From: an uncultured Thermoleophilia bacterium
GTDB taxonomy: Bacteria; Actinomycetota; Thermoleophilia; Gaiellales; Gaiellaceae
Assembly: GCA_963774355.1 (NCBI GenBank)
Contig: CAVZER010000008.1
Location: forward strand, 28,930 to 92,929
Direction of reading: 5' to 3'
Length of the DNA: 64,000 nt
Shown: positions 53,278 to 62,518 of the stretch, in pieces
Layout: the number at the start of each line of letters is the position of its first letter
Position numbering within the stretch: position 1 is the stretch's first letter
The notes under the pieces: model-generated
What the model was told of the DNA's origin: nothing
The model's database searches: none
Seen by the model: only the letters and a program-made list of their open reading frames with translations
Translations under genes and position numbers: made by a program

Positions 53278-55128
53278 CTAACTCATCCGCCGGTAGCGCC
53301 AGATCGAGAGCGGCACGAAGACGGCCACGATTCCGACGATCCAGGCGAGTGCGCCCCAAAGCGAATGCGGCACCCCACCCACAAGGGCGAGGTTGCGCGC
53401 CGCGTCTGCAGTCAGCGTCACCGGGGAGACTTTGGCGATCGGCTGCAGCCAGCTCGGCAACGTAGCGACGGGAACGAAGACCGAGCTGGCGAAGACGAGC
53501 GGGAACAGGATTACGAAACCGGCCGTCTGCGCGCTCTCCGCGCCGCGGACGACCAAGGAGACGAACGCGAAGATCCAGCTGAGGGCGACGCCCCAGGCGG
53601 CGATGAGGGCCACGCAGCCGAGCGCCGGAAGGAGGCCCGCCTGGAAACGGAAGCCGACCAGATACCCAACGACGATCATCAGGCCGATGATCAAGACGTT
53701 TCGGACGAGGTCTGCGGACGTGCGTCCGACCAGAACCGCCGAACGCGCCATCGGCATCGAGCGAAAGCGGTCGATCACGCCTCGGCGCAGATCCTCGGAG
53801 AGGCCGACGGCCGTCTGGCTCGCTCGGAAGGTCACCGACTGAACGAAGATCCCAGGCAGGAGGTAGTCGACGTAGCTGACCCCCGGCGGCAGCGCCTTGC
53901 CGATGGCACCGCTGAAGACATAAACAAACAGGAGCACGAACATGACGGGCTGGATCGTCGAGAAGATGAGCAAGTCGGGCTGGCGCCAGAAATGACGGAG
54001 ATTGCGCATCGTCACGACGCCTGTGTCGGTGAGACTCGACTCGACGTCTCGCAGTGACGGGGCACGCGGGCGCCACAGCCGACGAGGCCGCTTCGCCGGC
54101 CTCTCGGGCAGGGCAACGGCGCTCTCGGGTCTCCCGTTCTCGCTCGGCGCCTGGCCGGTCAGCTGCAGGAAGACATCGTCGAGCGTCGGTCCACGCAGGC
54201 CCATCTCGCTGACGCCGATCTCTGCGCGACGCAGCTCGGCCGCGGCCTCTTCGACCAGGACGAGGCTCTCCCGCGGCGCCGGCAACGTCAGCCGGTTCGG
54301 CCGACCGTCGTCCTCCGGCTGGCCGCAGCCGATGCGAAGCAGTGCGGCCCTGGCCTCGTCACGCTGCCGCACGTCGGTCAGCTCGACCTCGAGGATGTGA
54401 CCCCCGACGCGGTCTTTGAGCTCGTTACCGGTCCCCTTCGCGATCACGCGGCCGTGATCGATGACGGCGATCTCGTCAGCAAGCTGATCCGCCTCCTCGA
54501 GGTACTGCGTCGTCAACAGAATCGTCGTCCCCTCGCGCCGTAAATCGCGGACGATGTCCCAGATCTCGTTGCGACTTCGAGGATCGAGACCTGTCGTCGG
54601 CTCGTCGAGGAAGAGCACGCGCGGCTGCGTGAGCAGGCTGGACGCGAGGTCGAGCCGCCGTCGCATGCCGCCCGAGTACGTCTTCGCGGTTCGGTCGGCT
54701 GCGTCGGTGAGCTCGAAGCGCTCGAGCAGTTCCGACGCGCGGCGGCGGGCCGCCGCGCGAGAGAGCCGGAACAGGCGTCCGAACATCTCGAGGTTCTCGC
54801 GGCCGGTCAGCAGCTCGTCGACCGCGGCGAACTGACCGGTCAGGGCGAGCAGCTCGCGCACGCTCGACGACTCGGCGACGACGTCGTGACCGAGCAGCTC
54901 GGCCCGTCCCGCGTCCGGCTCGAGCAGCGTCGCCAGGATGCGGACGAGCGTCGTCTTGCCCGCGCCGTTCGGGCCGAGGAGACCGAAGACCATGCCCTCC
55001 GGAACCTCCAGGTCGACGCCGGCCAGGGCGGTCGTCGACCCGAACCGCTTGACCACGCGCTTGACACGAACCGCGGGCGTCGTGCCGTCGAGCGACCCGC
55101 TGGTGGCGGGCTGCGACAACGCATTCAC
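53278..55128 (-). CDS. ABC-2-type exporter with ATPase and permease fused in one ORF (DrrA/DrrB-like)
   Basis: Walker A GPNGAGKTT, signature YSGGMRRRL and Walker B LFLDEPTTGLD. After a ~40-aa basic linker comes a six-TM ABC-2 permease (RNLRHFWRQPDLLIFSTIQP...). I chose the GTG at 55128. Confidence 0.8.
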   Translation of the reverse strand: MNALSQPATSGSLDGTTPAVRVKRVVKRFGSTTALAGVDLEVPEGMVFGLLGPNGAGKTTLVRILATLLEPDAGRAELLGHDVVAESSSVRELLALTGQFAAVDELLTGRENLEMFGRLFRLSRAAARRRASELLERFELTDAADRTAKTYSGGMRRRLDLASSLLTQPRVLFLDEPTTGLDPRSRNEIWDIVRDLRREGTTILLTTQYLEEADQLADEIAVIDHGRVIAKGTGNELKDRVGGHILEVELTDVRQRDEARAALLRIGCGQPEDDGRPNRLTLPAPRESLVLVEEAAAELRRAEIGVSEMGLRGPTLDDVFLQLTGQAPSENGRPESAVALPERPAKRPRRLWRPRAPSLRDVESSLTDTGVVTMRNLRHFWRQPDLLIFSTIQPVMFVLLFVYVFSGAIGKALPPGVSYVDYLLPGIFVQSVTFRASQTAVGLSEDLRRGVIDRFRSMPMARSAVLVGRTSADLVRNVLIIGLMIVVGYLVGFRFQAGLLPALGCVALIAAWGVALSWIFAFVSLVVRGAESAQTAGFVILFPLVFASSVFVPVATLPSWLQPIAKVSPVTLTADAARNLALVGGVPHSLWGALAWIVGIVAVFVPLSIWRYRRMS

Positions 55129-55561
55129 GGTTGTCTCGTTGGCGAGACGGCTGCAGCAGCGACGCGCTCGGCCGAGTCTTCGCACTTCCTGGCGCGCTGA
55201 GGCGTTGCGTGATTTGCGAAGCGAGTGGCGACAGGCACGACCTCGGCTCCCCATTCGAGCGCGTTCTTGAAGGCCCCCGAGACTCGGAACCCTAGTTGGA
55301 CGCCGATGAGCTCCCCGAGGAGGTGGTCGGCGTTCCGGACATTCTCCTGCGCTTTGCGATCGGCGAGCGGAGCTTGCTTTCGTGGTTTCGCAGCGATGGT
55401 CAAGTCCTCATAGTGATCGCTACCAACCGGCGGTCGTATCCTTGATTCCCATAGTTGCATTCGAATCCCGGAAACCCCCAGTCTCAACCGAGTAGTCCCA
55501 AACTGAGGTAATTCGGGATTCGAGACGCCCTACGAGTCGATGTAGACGCCGATCGAACCGT

Positions 55562-56542
55562 CTAGCGGCTCCCCGTTACGAGTGCAACGAGGGCGCCGAG
55601 CGGGTCACCCTCGAGCCGCAACGCAGCCCAGGTATCCCCACCGTCGCGGCTTTCCCAGATCTGCCCGTCGGCGAGGCCCGCGAAGAGCCGACCCTCCGTG
55701 GCGAGGAGTGCGTAGGGCATCGCCGGGAGCGGCTCCGGTAACCCGCCGGCGAGCGGCCGCCACGGTTCCCCGTCGCGACGCCGGTAGATCCGCGCCTGCG
55801 GGTCGCGACGGCCGTGGGCGGCGTAGGGGCCGGTGCTGGCCGACAGGTACCAGCAGTCTGGGTCGTTAGGGTCGACGGTGACCGACCAGGTGTAGTGGCG
55901 GTCGCGGCCCTCGTCGGCAGGCTGCCAGGTCTCGCCTCCGTTCGTGCTGAAGGCGGCGCCACCGCCTCCTGCCTCGTACGCGTGCCCTGGGACGCGTGGG
56001 TGCCAGGCGAGCGAGTGCACGTCGGGTTGCGCGCCGGGGCGATGGTCCTGCCAGGTTGCGCCGCCGTCGGTCGAGCGCATCAGGCCGCCCAGCTCAATCC
56101 CGAGCAGCAGTAGATCGGCGTCGTACGGGCTGGGAGCGATCCAGCGCACGTGCGATGTCCACGGCCGGGGTGGGAAGCTCCAGCTCGGACGCGAGGGAAG
56201 CTCGAGCAGCGCCTCGAGTTCGCGCCAGCTCTCGCCGCGGTCGTCGCTGCGGAACAGCCGGCTCGGTTCGGTACCTGCGTACACCGCCCCGTCGACCGCG
56301 CTCACCGCGATCGAGAACACACCCGGTTCTGGCAGCGCGCAGTCGAGCCAGCTTCGCCCGGCATCCACGGTTCGCCGCACGCCGCCCTCGCGAAGCCCGG
56401 CGTAGACGGTGTCCGGATCATCCGGGGCGGCGGCGAGACACTGCGCGCCACTTCCCGGCAGGCACAGCTCGACCGTCCACGCCCCACGTGACTCATCGAG
56501 CCGGGCGATCCCGTCCCCCGTGGCCGCGTACAGGCGCGCCAT
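55562..56542 (-). CDS. BNR/Asp-box repeat beta-propeller protein (sialidase / Ycf48-like fold)
   Basis: Repeated SxDxGxxW motifs: TVDAGRSW, SDDRGESW, STDGGATW, STNGGETW and SRDGGDTW. Confidence 0.75.
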   Translation of the reverse strand: MARLYAATGDGIARLDESRGAWTVELCLPGSGAQCLAAAPDDPDTVYAGLREGGVRRTVDAGRSWLDCALPEPGVFSIAVSAVDGAVYAGTEPSRLFRSDDRGESWRELEALLELPSRPSWSFPPRPWTSHVRWIAPSPYDADLLLLGIELGGLMRSTDGGATWQDHRPGAQPDVHSLAWHPRVPGHAYEAGGGGAAFSTNGGETWQPADEGRDRHYTWSVTVDPNDPDCWYLSASTGPYAAHGRRDPQARIYRRRDGEPWRPLAGGLPEPLPAMPYALLATEGRLFAGLADGQIWESRDGGDTWAALRLEGDPLGALVALVTGSR

Positions 56543-56582
56543 CTCGACAGCCTAGGCACCAGGCTCCCTGCTCTGCTCGAGC

Positions 56583-56610
56583 GGTGCCTGGCACCGTGGT
56601 GCCAGGCACC
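56583..56610. repeat. 28-nt palindromic repeat, perfect copy
   Basis: GGTGCCTGGCACC-gt-GGTGCCAGGCACC between genes 56623-57033 and 55562-56542. A degenerate fragment (CCTAGGCACCAGG) lies at 56551-56563. Confidence 0.9.
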
Positions 56611-56622
56611 GTCCTTACGCCG

Positions 56623-57033
56623 TCAGCGGCCGTCGAACGCCGTGCGCGGGCAGCTGTAGATCCAGCGGTACCCGGAGTCGACCATCGCCCTGCAGCTGCT
56701 CGGGATCGCACCTCTCGAGACGCCCTGAACGTACGCGCCGCCCGGCTTGCCAGACGGACAGCTGTACGTCCAGAGGTAACCAGCTGCGACGTTCAGCGTG
56801 CAGCGACCACCGTTCGCGTGGCTCTGCGTGCCGCCGGGGCAGCGGAAACTCGAGACGTGACCGGCGATCAATGTCATCGTGCAGCTTCCCGGGACCGCGC
56901 TCGTGCCCGGATAGACAGACGTCACGACGGCTGTCTGGACGTAATGGTGCTCGGGCGGTGCCGCCCCGGCGACCGCCGGCACGGCGATGGCCACGATCGC
57001 GGCCGTCGTAACGATTGCTGTATGGATTCTCAC
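56623..57033 (-). CDS. hypothetical secreted Cys-rich protein (136 aa)
   Basis: Signal peptide AIVAIAVPAVAGAAP and recurring W(T/I)YSCP motifs. Confidence 0.55.
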   Translation of the reverse strand: MRIHTAIVTTAAIVAIAVPAVAGAAPPEHHYVQTAVVTSVYPGTSAVPGSCTMTLIAGHVSSFRCPGGTQSHANGGRCTLNVAAGYLWTYSCPSGKPGGAYVQGVSRGAIPSSCRAMVDSGYRWIYSCPRTAFDGR

Positions 57034-57194
57034 CGCAGACTCCTCTCTCTTGACCCCTCATCGAGAAGGAGGCCGACCTATCGCCACGTGATACATCGAG
57101 GTTGCGGCGGCCTTCGCGGGCGGAAGCGTCCCAGCCTGGCGCGAAGTTCGTCAGATTGCGGGCTCCACTGAAGTGCGACGAAAGGAGACCCCCA

Positions 57195-57776
57195 ATGGGT
57201 CAGCGTGCCGCCCTTGTTCTTTCGCTCTGTGCTCTCGTCGTTGCCTTACTCGCGGCAACTCCGCTCGGCCGCGCTGCCGGCGATTCGCTCGCCTCGGTCG
57301 TGCCATATGCAAAGACGGCGGGGTTCGCGAAGCTCGCCGGCAACTCAGCGAAGCTGAACGGCCGCAAGTCAACGCTCGCGGGAATCCCTGGAACGATCCC
57401 CGTCGTCGGCGCCAACGGCAAGCTGCCCGCCGCGATCGGCGCAGTCGGGTCGCAGGGACCGCAGGGGCCTCAGGGACCGCAGGGGCCGAAAGGTTCGTCC
57501 GGAGCTCCCGGGATCAGCGGCTTGCAGATCGTAGGCTTGGAATCACCTACCGCGATCTATAAGTCAGTCGACGTCTCAGCAGCGTGTCCGACCGGCAAGA
57601 AGCTCATCGGAGGTGGCGCCTACGTGAGCCCATCGGGAGAGCCGGCCGCCCTGACTGCAAGCTGGCCAGACACGGGCCGCAATCAGTGGACTGCTTCAGC
57701 CCGTCAGTACGCGACGGACAACACGACCTACTGGGGCGTCTATGTGTTCGCGTTTTGCGCCAACGTCTCGCCATGA
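57195..57776 (+). CDS. secreted protein with a collagen-like G-X-Y tract (paralogue of 50436-51076)
   Basis: AAAGGAGA RBS, signal peptide, GSQGPQGPQGPQGPKGSSGAPGISG, then CPTGKKLIGGGAY...FAFCANVSP. Confidence 0.7.
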   Translation: MGQRAALVLSLCALVVALLAATPLGRAAGDSLASVVPYAKTAGFAKLAGNSAKLNGRKSTLAGIPGTIPVVGANGKLPAAIGAVGSQGPQGPQGPQGPKGSSGAPGISGLQIVGLESPTAIYKSVDVSAACPTGKKLIGGGAYVSPSGEPAALTASWPDTGRNQWTASARQYATDNTTYWGVYVFAFCANVSP

Positions 57777-58252
57777 ATTCGTACTCGCGACTCTGGGGGC
57801 CCGGTCGGGTTAGCCAACAGGCGCAACTCGAAGTGCAGTAGAACGCATTCGACGCGTCGAAGTGATCGCAGCTTCGCTGCCCGTCGCGTCAGGCTGCGAT
57901 GCGGAAGGCGCGGCCGCGGTGACTGCTTGGGTCCTGGTGTCTCTGGCCGTTTGGGCGATCTGTGAACGTCGATCTCGGTCTTACGTGAGTGAGCGGGGCT
58001 GGGCACGGCAGAGGTGCGTCAGGGGCACCATGCCGCGTCCCGGCCCCGCCGATTGTCACCAGTTCCTTACGCGCGGAGCCGTCGATCTCCGAACAGGGTG
58101 ACCTCGAGCCGGACGAGCAGACCCGTTTGTCGGGGGTGGATCCTTCGCGAATTCTTCGCGGCGCTGGGAACTACTTCGCCCGGACAGCGATCGTGTATGA
58201 GATATGACGTTGGCCGCGACGGCGGTAGTTCACGTGCCCGGTTGAGGGGACG

Positions 58253-58621
58253 TCACGCTTCGTCGCCGAAGGAATCGGGTTCTGCTTCGTCGTTTCCTTC
58301 ACGATGTTCTCCTGGCCTCCTGATCTCACCAAAGAACGCTTCGTACCCCGTCATAGCCTCGTTCAGAGTCCTCAGCACGTCAAATATGAGCCCGACAGGG
58401 ATGCGGACACGCGCGACCACCGTTGCGGGCACCCGCACCCCCGCAGAGACGTCATCTGGATCTTGCGCCTCCGCCGGTTGCGTGACCGCCCAATCGAGCG
58501 TGAACTCGTAAGGGGAGTGCCAGACATTCACCGTGTTCGCGTAAAGCCCGATCTCCCACTCTGGGGGCATCAAGAAGTCGAATGTGACGTCCGGTGGGTC
58601 CGGCGTCCGATCGTCGTCCAT
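58253..58621 (-). CDS. DUF3467-family protein
   Basis: GLYANTVNVWHSPYEFTLDW...VARVRIPVGLIFDVLRTLNEAM matches the family pattern. Confidence 0.65.
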   Translation of the reverse strand: MDDDRTPDPPDVTFDFLMPPEWEIGLYANTVNVWHSPYEFTLDWAVTQPAEAQDPDDVSAGVRVPATVVARVRIPVGLIFDVLRTLNEAMTGYEAFFGEIRRPGEHREGNDEAEPDSFGDEA

Positions 58622-58739
58622 AACTGACGATCTTCCTATCTCGTCCCCGTTTCGCCAAATCCTCTCTCAGCAGACGCGTCATATGCCGGACGCCGTGCCC
58701 CGGCCTACTCAGAGCCGTTCCATTACCTGACGCGCGCGG

Positions 58740-59216
58740 TCAGCTGCGCACTTCGCACGACGCGTCGACTCTCAATAGCCGGGCGAAGGTGGCGCGGTGG
58801 TCGGCGATGAAGCGATAAGCAGTCTCGGTCGCGCCGGGAAAAGTGGTGAAGAATGCGGCGAACGGCTGGCCTCCAGGTAGGACGCGCGCCAGCGGGGCGG
58901 CAGCAGCGCCGGCGGAATAGAGCTTGCCCCCCTCGGTGATGAGGTGCCAGGAGTCGAATCGCTCATCCGGTTCCATCGTTGACAGCAGATGTTTGCCCTC
59001 GTCACTCTGAATCGGGACAGGTTCGAGTCGGTGCGCACGGTCCCACCGCAGGATCTGGTTCAGCGCCCACTTGCAAAACCCACAGTCGCGGTCATAAAGA
59101 ACAGCCGTGCGGATCGACTTCGGTCCGTTGGTCGCGCTTGGTTGCGCGTACGCGGCTTGGGCCGGAAGATGGCTGCCGAGGGGCATGGACTGAAGACGTC
59201 GGAGGCATTTCCGCAA
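58740..59216 (-). CDS. thiol-disulfide oxidoreductase DCC (DUF393) family protein
   Basis: VLYDRDCGFCKWALNQILRWD motif. The true start is probably an internal codon (for example the Met at 59186). Confidence 0.75.
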   Translation of the reverse strand: MRKCLRRLQSMPLGSHLPAQAAYAQPSATNGPKSIRTAVLYDRDCGFCKWALNQILRWDRAHRLEPVPIQSDEGKHLLSTMEPDERFDSWHLITEGGKLYSAGAAAAPLARVLPGGQPFAAFFTTFPGATETAYRFIADHRATFARLLRVDASCEVRS

Positions 59217-59247
59217 TCCGTGCGGCGGTGCGGCACCGCTTGTTCGA

Positions 59248-60708
59248 TCAAGGCGTGAAGCTTGCGAGGTCGATGTCGGTTGGGTCCGTGATCGTGTTGC
59301 CGACCTCGAATGCAGCGTAGAACGTGTTGCCGGCGTGCGCGAGCGCTTCGTAGTCGCCGATCATCAGCCCCCCGGCACTCGGCGCGTATTCCATGTCGGT
59401 ACCGGGTGAGAGCGTGATCTCCGGTCCCCACGTGCTTCCTCCGTCTGGCGACGTGATTGCCGAATAGGTCGTCGGCAGCGCCGGCCCCGAAGTGAAGTGC
59501 CGGAAGTCGTAGTAGGTGACGGCAACCGTGCCGTCGGCGGAGACGTCGACCGACGGCGTGAACGATTGCTCAAGCAGTTGGTTGGAGTTGCTTGGCGTTT
59601 CGGCGATCTGGCGCGGCGTCGTCCACGTCGAGCCACTGTTCGTCGACGCAGAGAACGCCACCTGGTCGATTGCCCCGTTGCTGAACCGCGCGTCCTGCCA
59701 GACCGCATACAACGTCCCGCTCGATGGGTCGTACGCAACATCGAACAGGCTGTCAGCAGCACGGACATAATTCAGGTTTCGCGGATCGACCGTCCCGACC
59801 GCTTGCATGTCCGAAACGACGGTCGGGTTCGTCCAGCTGTTCCCACGGTTGGTCGAGCGGACGAAGTCCAGCTGCGCCGAGAAACCAGAGCCGTTCTTTC
59901 CGAGGACGAAGTTCGTGAAGAAGTCGACGAGTGTGCCGTCATTGAGCACGACCAGCTGGTTGCCGAGCGTCCCGTTACCCTGCGTATACATCGGCTTCGC
60001 CGCCGACCATGTCTTGCCGCCGTCGGTAGTGGTCGAGATGTACGCCGGGCCTTTGTTCGCGTTCTGCCCGTTCCCGGACGTGAAGTCCGGCTTCTGGTTC
60101 GAATACCGGTCCCACACGACGTAGGCGACTCCCGGTTTCGTCGGGTCGGCCGTGACCGACTCCTTGTCGAACCCATGCGTGAAGCTCTTCTGGTCGGAGC
60201 TCACGACAACCGCCGGATCGCTCCAACTGCGTCCATCATCCGTTGACGTGCTAACGGTCACGGCGTTACGGCCGGTGAACCAGTCGAAGACGAGCGCCGA
60301 CTGGTACAACCTGCCGTCCGGACCATAGGAGAGCCAGACGTCGCTCGCCCGGTCATAGTCGCCGCTGTTCCCGGCAGTCCCGCCGGAACAGCGCGTGAAT
60401 GGAGCCCAGGAATTGCTCGCGCTGACACTCGACCAGGAGACCAAGCCGAAGGCACCGCCCTCGTTCGGATCGCCCCAACGGTCTTGCTGCCAGGCGATCG
60501 CGTAGTTCGAGTTCGTCGGATTGACGGCGAGCCACGGTTCGACCTCGGCGTTCGGGTTACTCCCTGCAAGCCCTTGGTTGTCGCAGCTCGCGAACGGGCT
60601 CGGGTCAGGAGAGACCGGCGTCGCCGAGATCACCACTCCGGCCGAGACCGCCTGCACCGAGACGAAGAGTGTTGCCGCCAAGCTGGCGACCAACAGCCAT
60701 CTTCTCAT
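59248..60708 (-). CDS. secreted BNR/Asp-box repeat protein (exo-alpha-sialidase-like fold)
   Basis: ATG at 60708 after GGGAGGA, a signal peptide, and Asp-boxes STDDGRSW, TTDGGKTW, STNRGNSW, STNSGSTW and SPDGGSTW. Confidence 0.8.
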   Translation of the reverse strand: MRRWLLVASLAATLFVSVQAVSAGVVISATPVSPDPSPFASCDNQGLAGSNPNAEVEPWLAVNPTNSNYAIAWQQDRWGDPNEGGAFGLVSWSSVSASNSWAPFTRCSGGTAGNSGDYDRASDVWLSYGPDGRLYQSALVFDWFTGRNAVTVSTSTDDGRSWSDPAVVVSSDQKSFTHGFDKESVTADPTKPGVAYVVWDRYSNQKPDFTSGNGQNANKGPAYISTTTDGGKTWSAAKPMYTQGNGTLGNQLVVLNDGTLVDFFTNFVLGKNGSGFSAQLDFVRSTNRGNSWTNPTVVSDMQAVGTVDPRNLNYVRAADSLFDVAYDPSSGTLYAVWQDARFSNGAIDQVAFSASTNSGSTWTTPRQIAETPSNSNQLLEQSFTPSVDVSADGTVAVTYYDFRHFTSGPALPTTYSAITSPDGGSTWGPEITLSPGTDMEYAPSAGGLMIGDYEALAHAGNTFYAAFEVGNTITDPTDIDLASFTP

Positions 60709-61234
60709 CCGTGTCCTCCCCTCACGTCTCTTTTCGTGCGCAGATGGGACGGGACCTTGTAGGTCTATCGCCATCCACTGCGACGACCGCCTAATCAACG
60801 ATGCCCGGTGTGCACGCAGGCAAAACACCGTGCCGGCGGAGATGCTCCGGCTTTCTTCAGGAGCGCGCGATCCTGAGATCCTGACCCCAGCTTGTCGATC
60901 CGTTCTCGAACTTAGCCGCCTGCGGCGATCACTCGTCTCTGCAGGAACTTTCGACATCGTCGCTTACCGCTTGGAAGTCGTATTTCGCGGGGGCTGGCGA
61001 CCTGCCGTTTCCGAATTCTTTCCACGAGGTGACCCACAACTCTCACGTGCCCATCCTCCACAGCACTAGCCGCCTGATTTCCCGCCTCAAGACCGTCTAC
61101 CACCGGTCCCTGGGCTCCGGGCGCAGCGAGTCAGAAATCAGGCCTCTACGTCGCTGCGTCTCCCAGGTGCCCCCGAGCAGTGGATTGAACCTTCGGGACG
61201 GATCAGTTCGAGGGAGCGGTGTGAGGTCAGTCCT

Positions 61235-62518
61235 TCAGCCTTTTGCGTCGGCGACTCCGGCGATAGCCCGTTCTGTCTGCGGGTGCCGTACGACCGGCTC
61301 GCCCGCCTTGAAGACTCCCGAGACGGCGTCGGATCGCTCGAATAACGTCACGTCGGACGGGTCATCGTCAAGCAGTACCGCATCGAAGACGTAGCCTGGC
61401 GCGATCCGACCGAAGCGATCGGCGACACCGCAGAGTTCTGCGCCGCGTGTCGTCGCCGCAAGAAGGGCCTCCTCGACTGTCAAGCCGGCGCGATGGAGGT
61501 GCGCAATCTCCTCCAAGTTGCCGCCATGCTGCGTGCGTTCGATGTAGTCACTCCCGGCGGCGATGGGAACCCCGTATTCGCGGGCGATCGCCACGGCATC
61601 GCCGAGCGACGCTTCGAAGCCGAGGGCCTTCTGTGCCGCGTACTGCGGCAGTGCGCCTTCCTTGGCCCAGCGGACACACGCCCACAGAACGGACAACGTT
61701 GGGACGAGCCAGCAGCCGGCGGAGGCCATCGCTGAAGCTTGCGCTTCCGTCAGAAAAGTTCCGTGCTCGATCGAGCGGGCGCCGGCCTTGATCGCGTTGT
61801 CGAGGCCTGCTCCACCGTAGGCATGGGTCATGACCGACTTACCGCGGACCCTCGCCTCTGTGACTGCAACGACGATCTCGTCGAAGCTGAGCTCGGGTTG
61901 CTCGGGAAGGTCATGCTCGGAGACGATCCCGCCGGTCGTGCACAACTTGATCCAGTCCGCTCCTGCTCGCAGTAGCTCTCGTACGGCGCGCCGCATCTCA
62001 TCGACGCCGTCCACGCGGTACGGAGGGCGACCCGGGTATTCGGGCAGGACGTATTCGGCGGAGATCTCGAGCCCGAGCCCGGCGAGGAAGCCGTCCACGT
62101 GTCCGCCGGTTTGACAGAGCGCCGTGATCGACAGCTGTGTTCGCGGTCCGGCTGCGATGCCCGAGTCGATGCTCTGCTTCAGGCCGAGGTCGAGCCCGGC
62201 CGCATCTCGTACGAACGTGACGCCAGCCTCCAGCGTGACGCGCGCGTTTCTCGCCGTCTCCAAAGCCCAGCGCGACAGCGGAGTCTTTAGGGCTTCCAAG
62301 GCATCGATCGTGCTCAAGGCGAGGTGGTCGTGACAATCGAAGAAGCCTGGAAGGAGCCATAGGCCCGAGCAGTCGAGCGATCGGAGGTGGGTGGCGCCGA
62401 GATTTCGTCCCAGTTCACGCACAACGCCGCCTTCCACGTGCACGTCGAGTGGGCCATCAAAACCGCCAGCGTCGTCGAAGACGTTTGCCTCACGGATGAC
62501 GAAGGACGGTCCCGTCAT
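61235..62518 (-). CDS. amidohydrolase-family metallo-hydrolase (imidazolonepropionase / Xaa-Pro-dipeptidase-like)
   Basis: PGFFDCHDHL metal motif ...HAYG...IEHG...GSDY. ATGA overlap with the upstream hydantoinase B gene. Confidence 0.8.
   Translation of the reverse strand: MTGPSFVIREANVFDDAGGFDGPLDVHVEGGVVRELGRNLGATHLRSLDCSGLWLLPGFFDCHDHLALSTIDALEALKTPLSRWALETARNARVTLEAGVTFVRDAAGLDLGLKQSIDSGIAAGPRTQLSITALCQTGGHVDGFLAGLGLEISAEYVLPEYPGRPPYRVDGVDEMRRAVRELLRAGADWIKLCTTGGIVSEHDLPEQPELSFDEIVVAVTEARVRGKSVMTHAYGGAGLDNAIKAGARSIEHGTFLTEAQASAMASAGCWLVPTLSVLWACVRWAKEGALPQYAAQKALGFEASLGDAVAIAREYGVPIAAGSDYIERTQHGGNLEEIAHLHRAGLTVEEALLAATTRGAELCGVADRFGRIAPGYVFDAVLLDDDPSDVTLFERSDAVSGVFKAGEPVVRHPQTERAIAGVADAKG

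Noticed and set aside
55125-55487. 120-aa ORF upstream of the ABC exporter as a regulator or IS3 OrfA-like HTH remnant.
   Set aside because: Resemblance to an HTH (LIGVQLGFRVSGAFKNALEW) is vague. Codon usage is A/T-ending and unlike the rest of the window. No RBS or partner transposase ORF is present, so it was left unannotated.
55455-55530. tRNA gene suggested by TTCGAATCC-like T-loop sequences.
   Set aside because: The flanking bases do not form a T-stem, and no acceptor, D or anticodon arms can be drawn on either strand. The two motifs are simply the arms of an inverted repeat.
60912-61103. 63-aa ORF in the 525-nt gap as a gene.
   Set aside because: No RBS, atypical composition (Arg-rich tail) and no recognisable motif. 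It overlaps the inverted repeat region.
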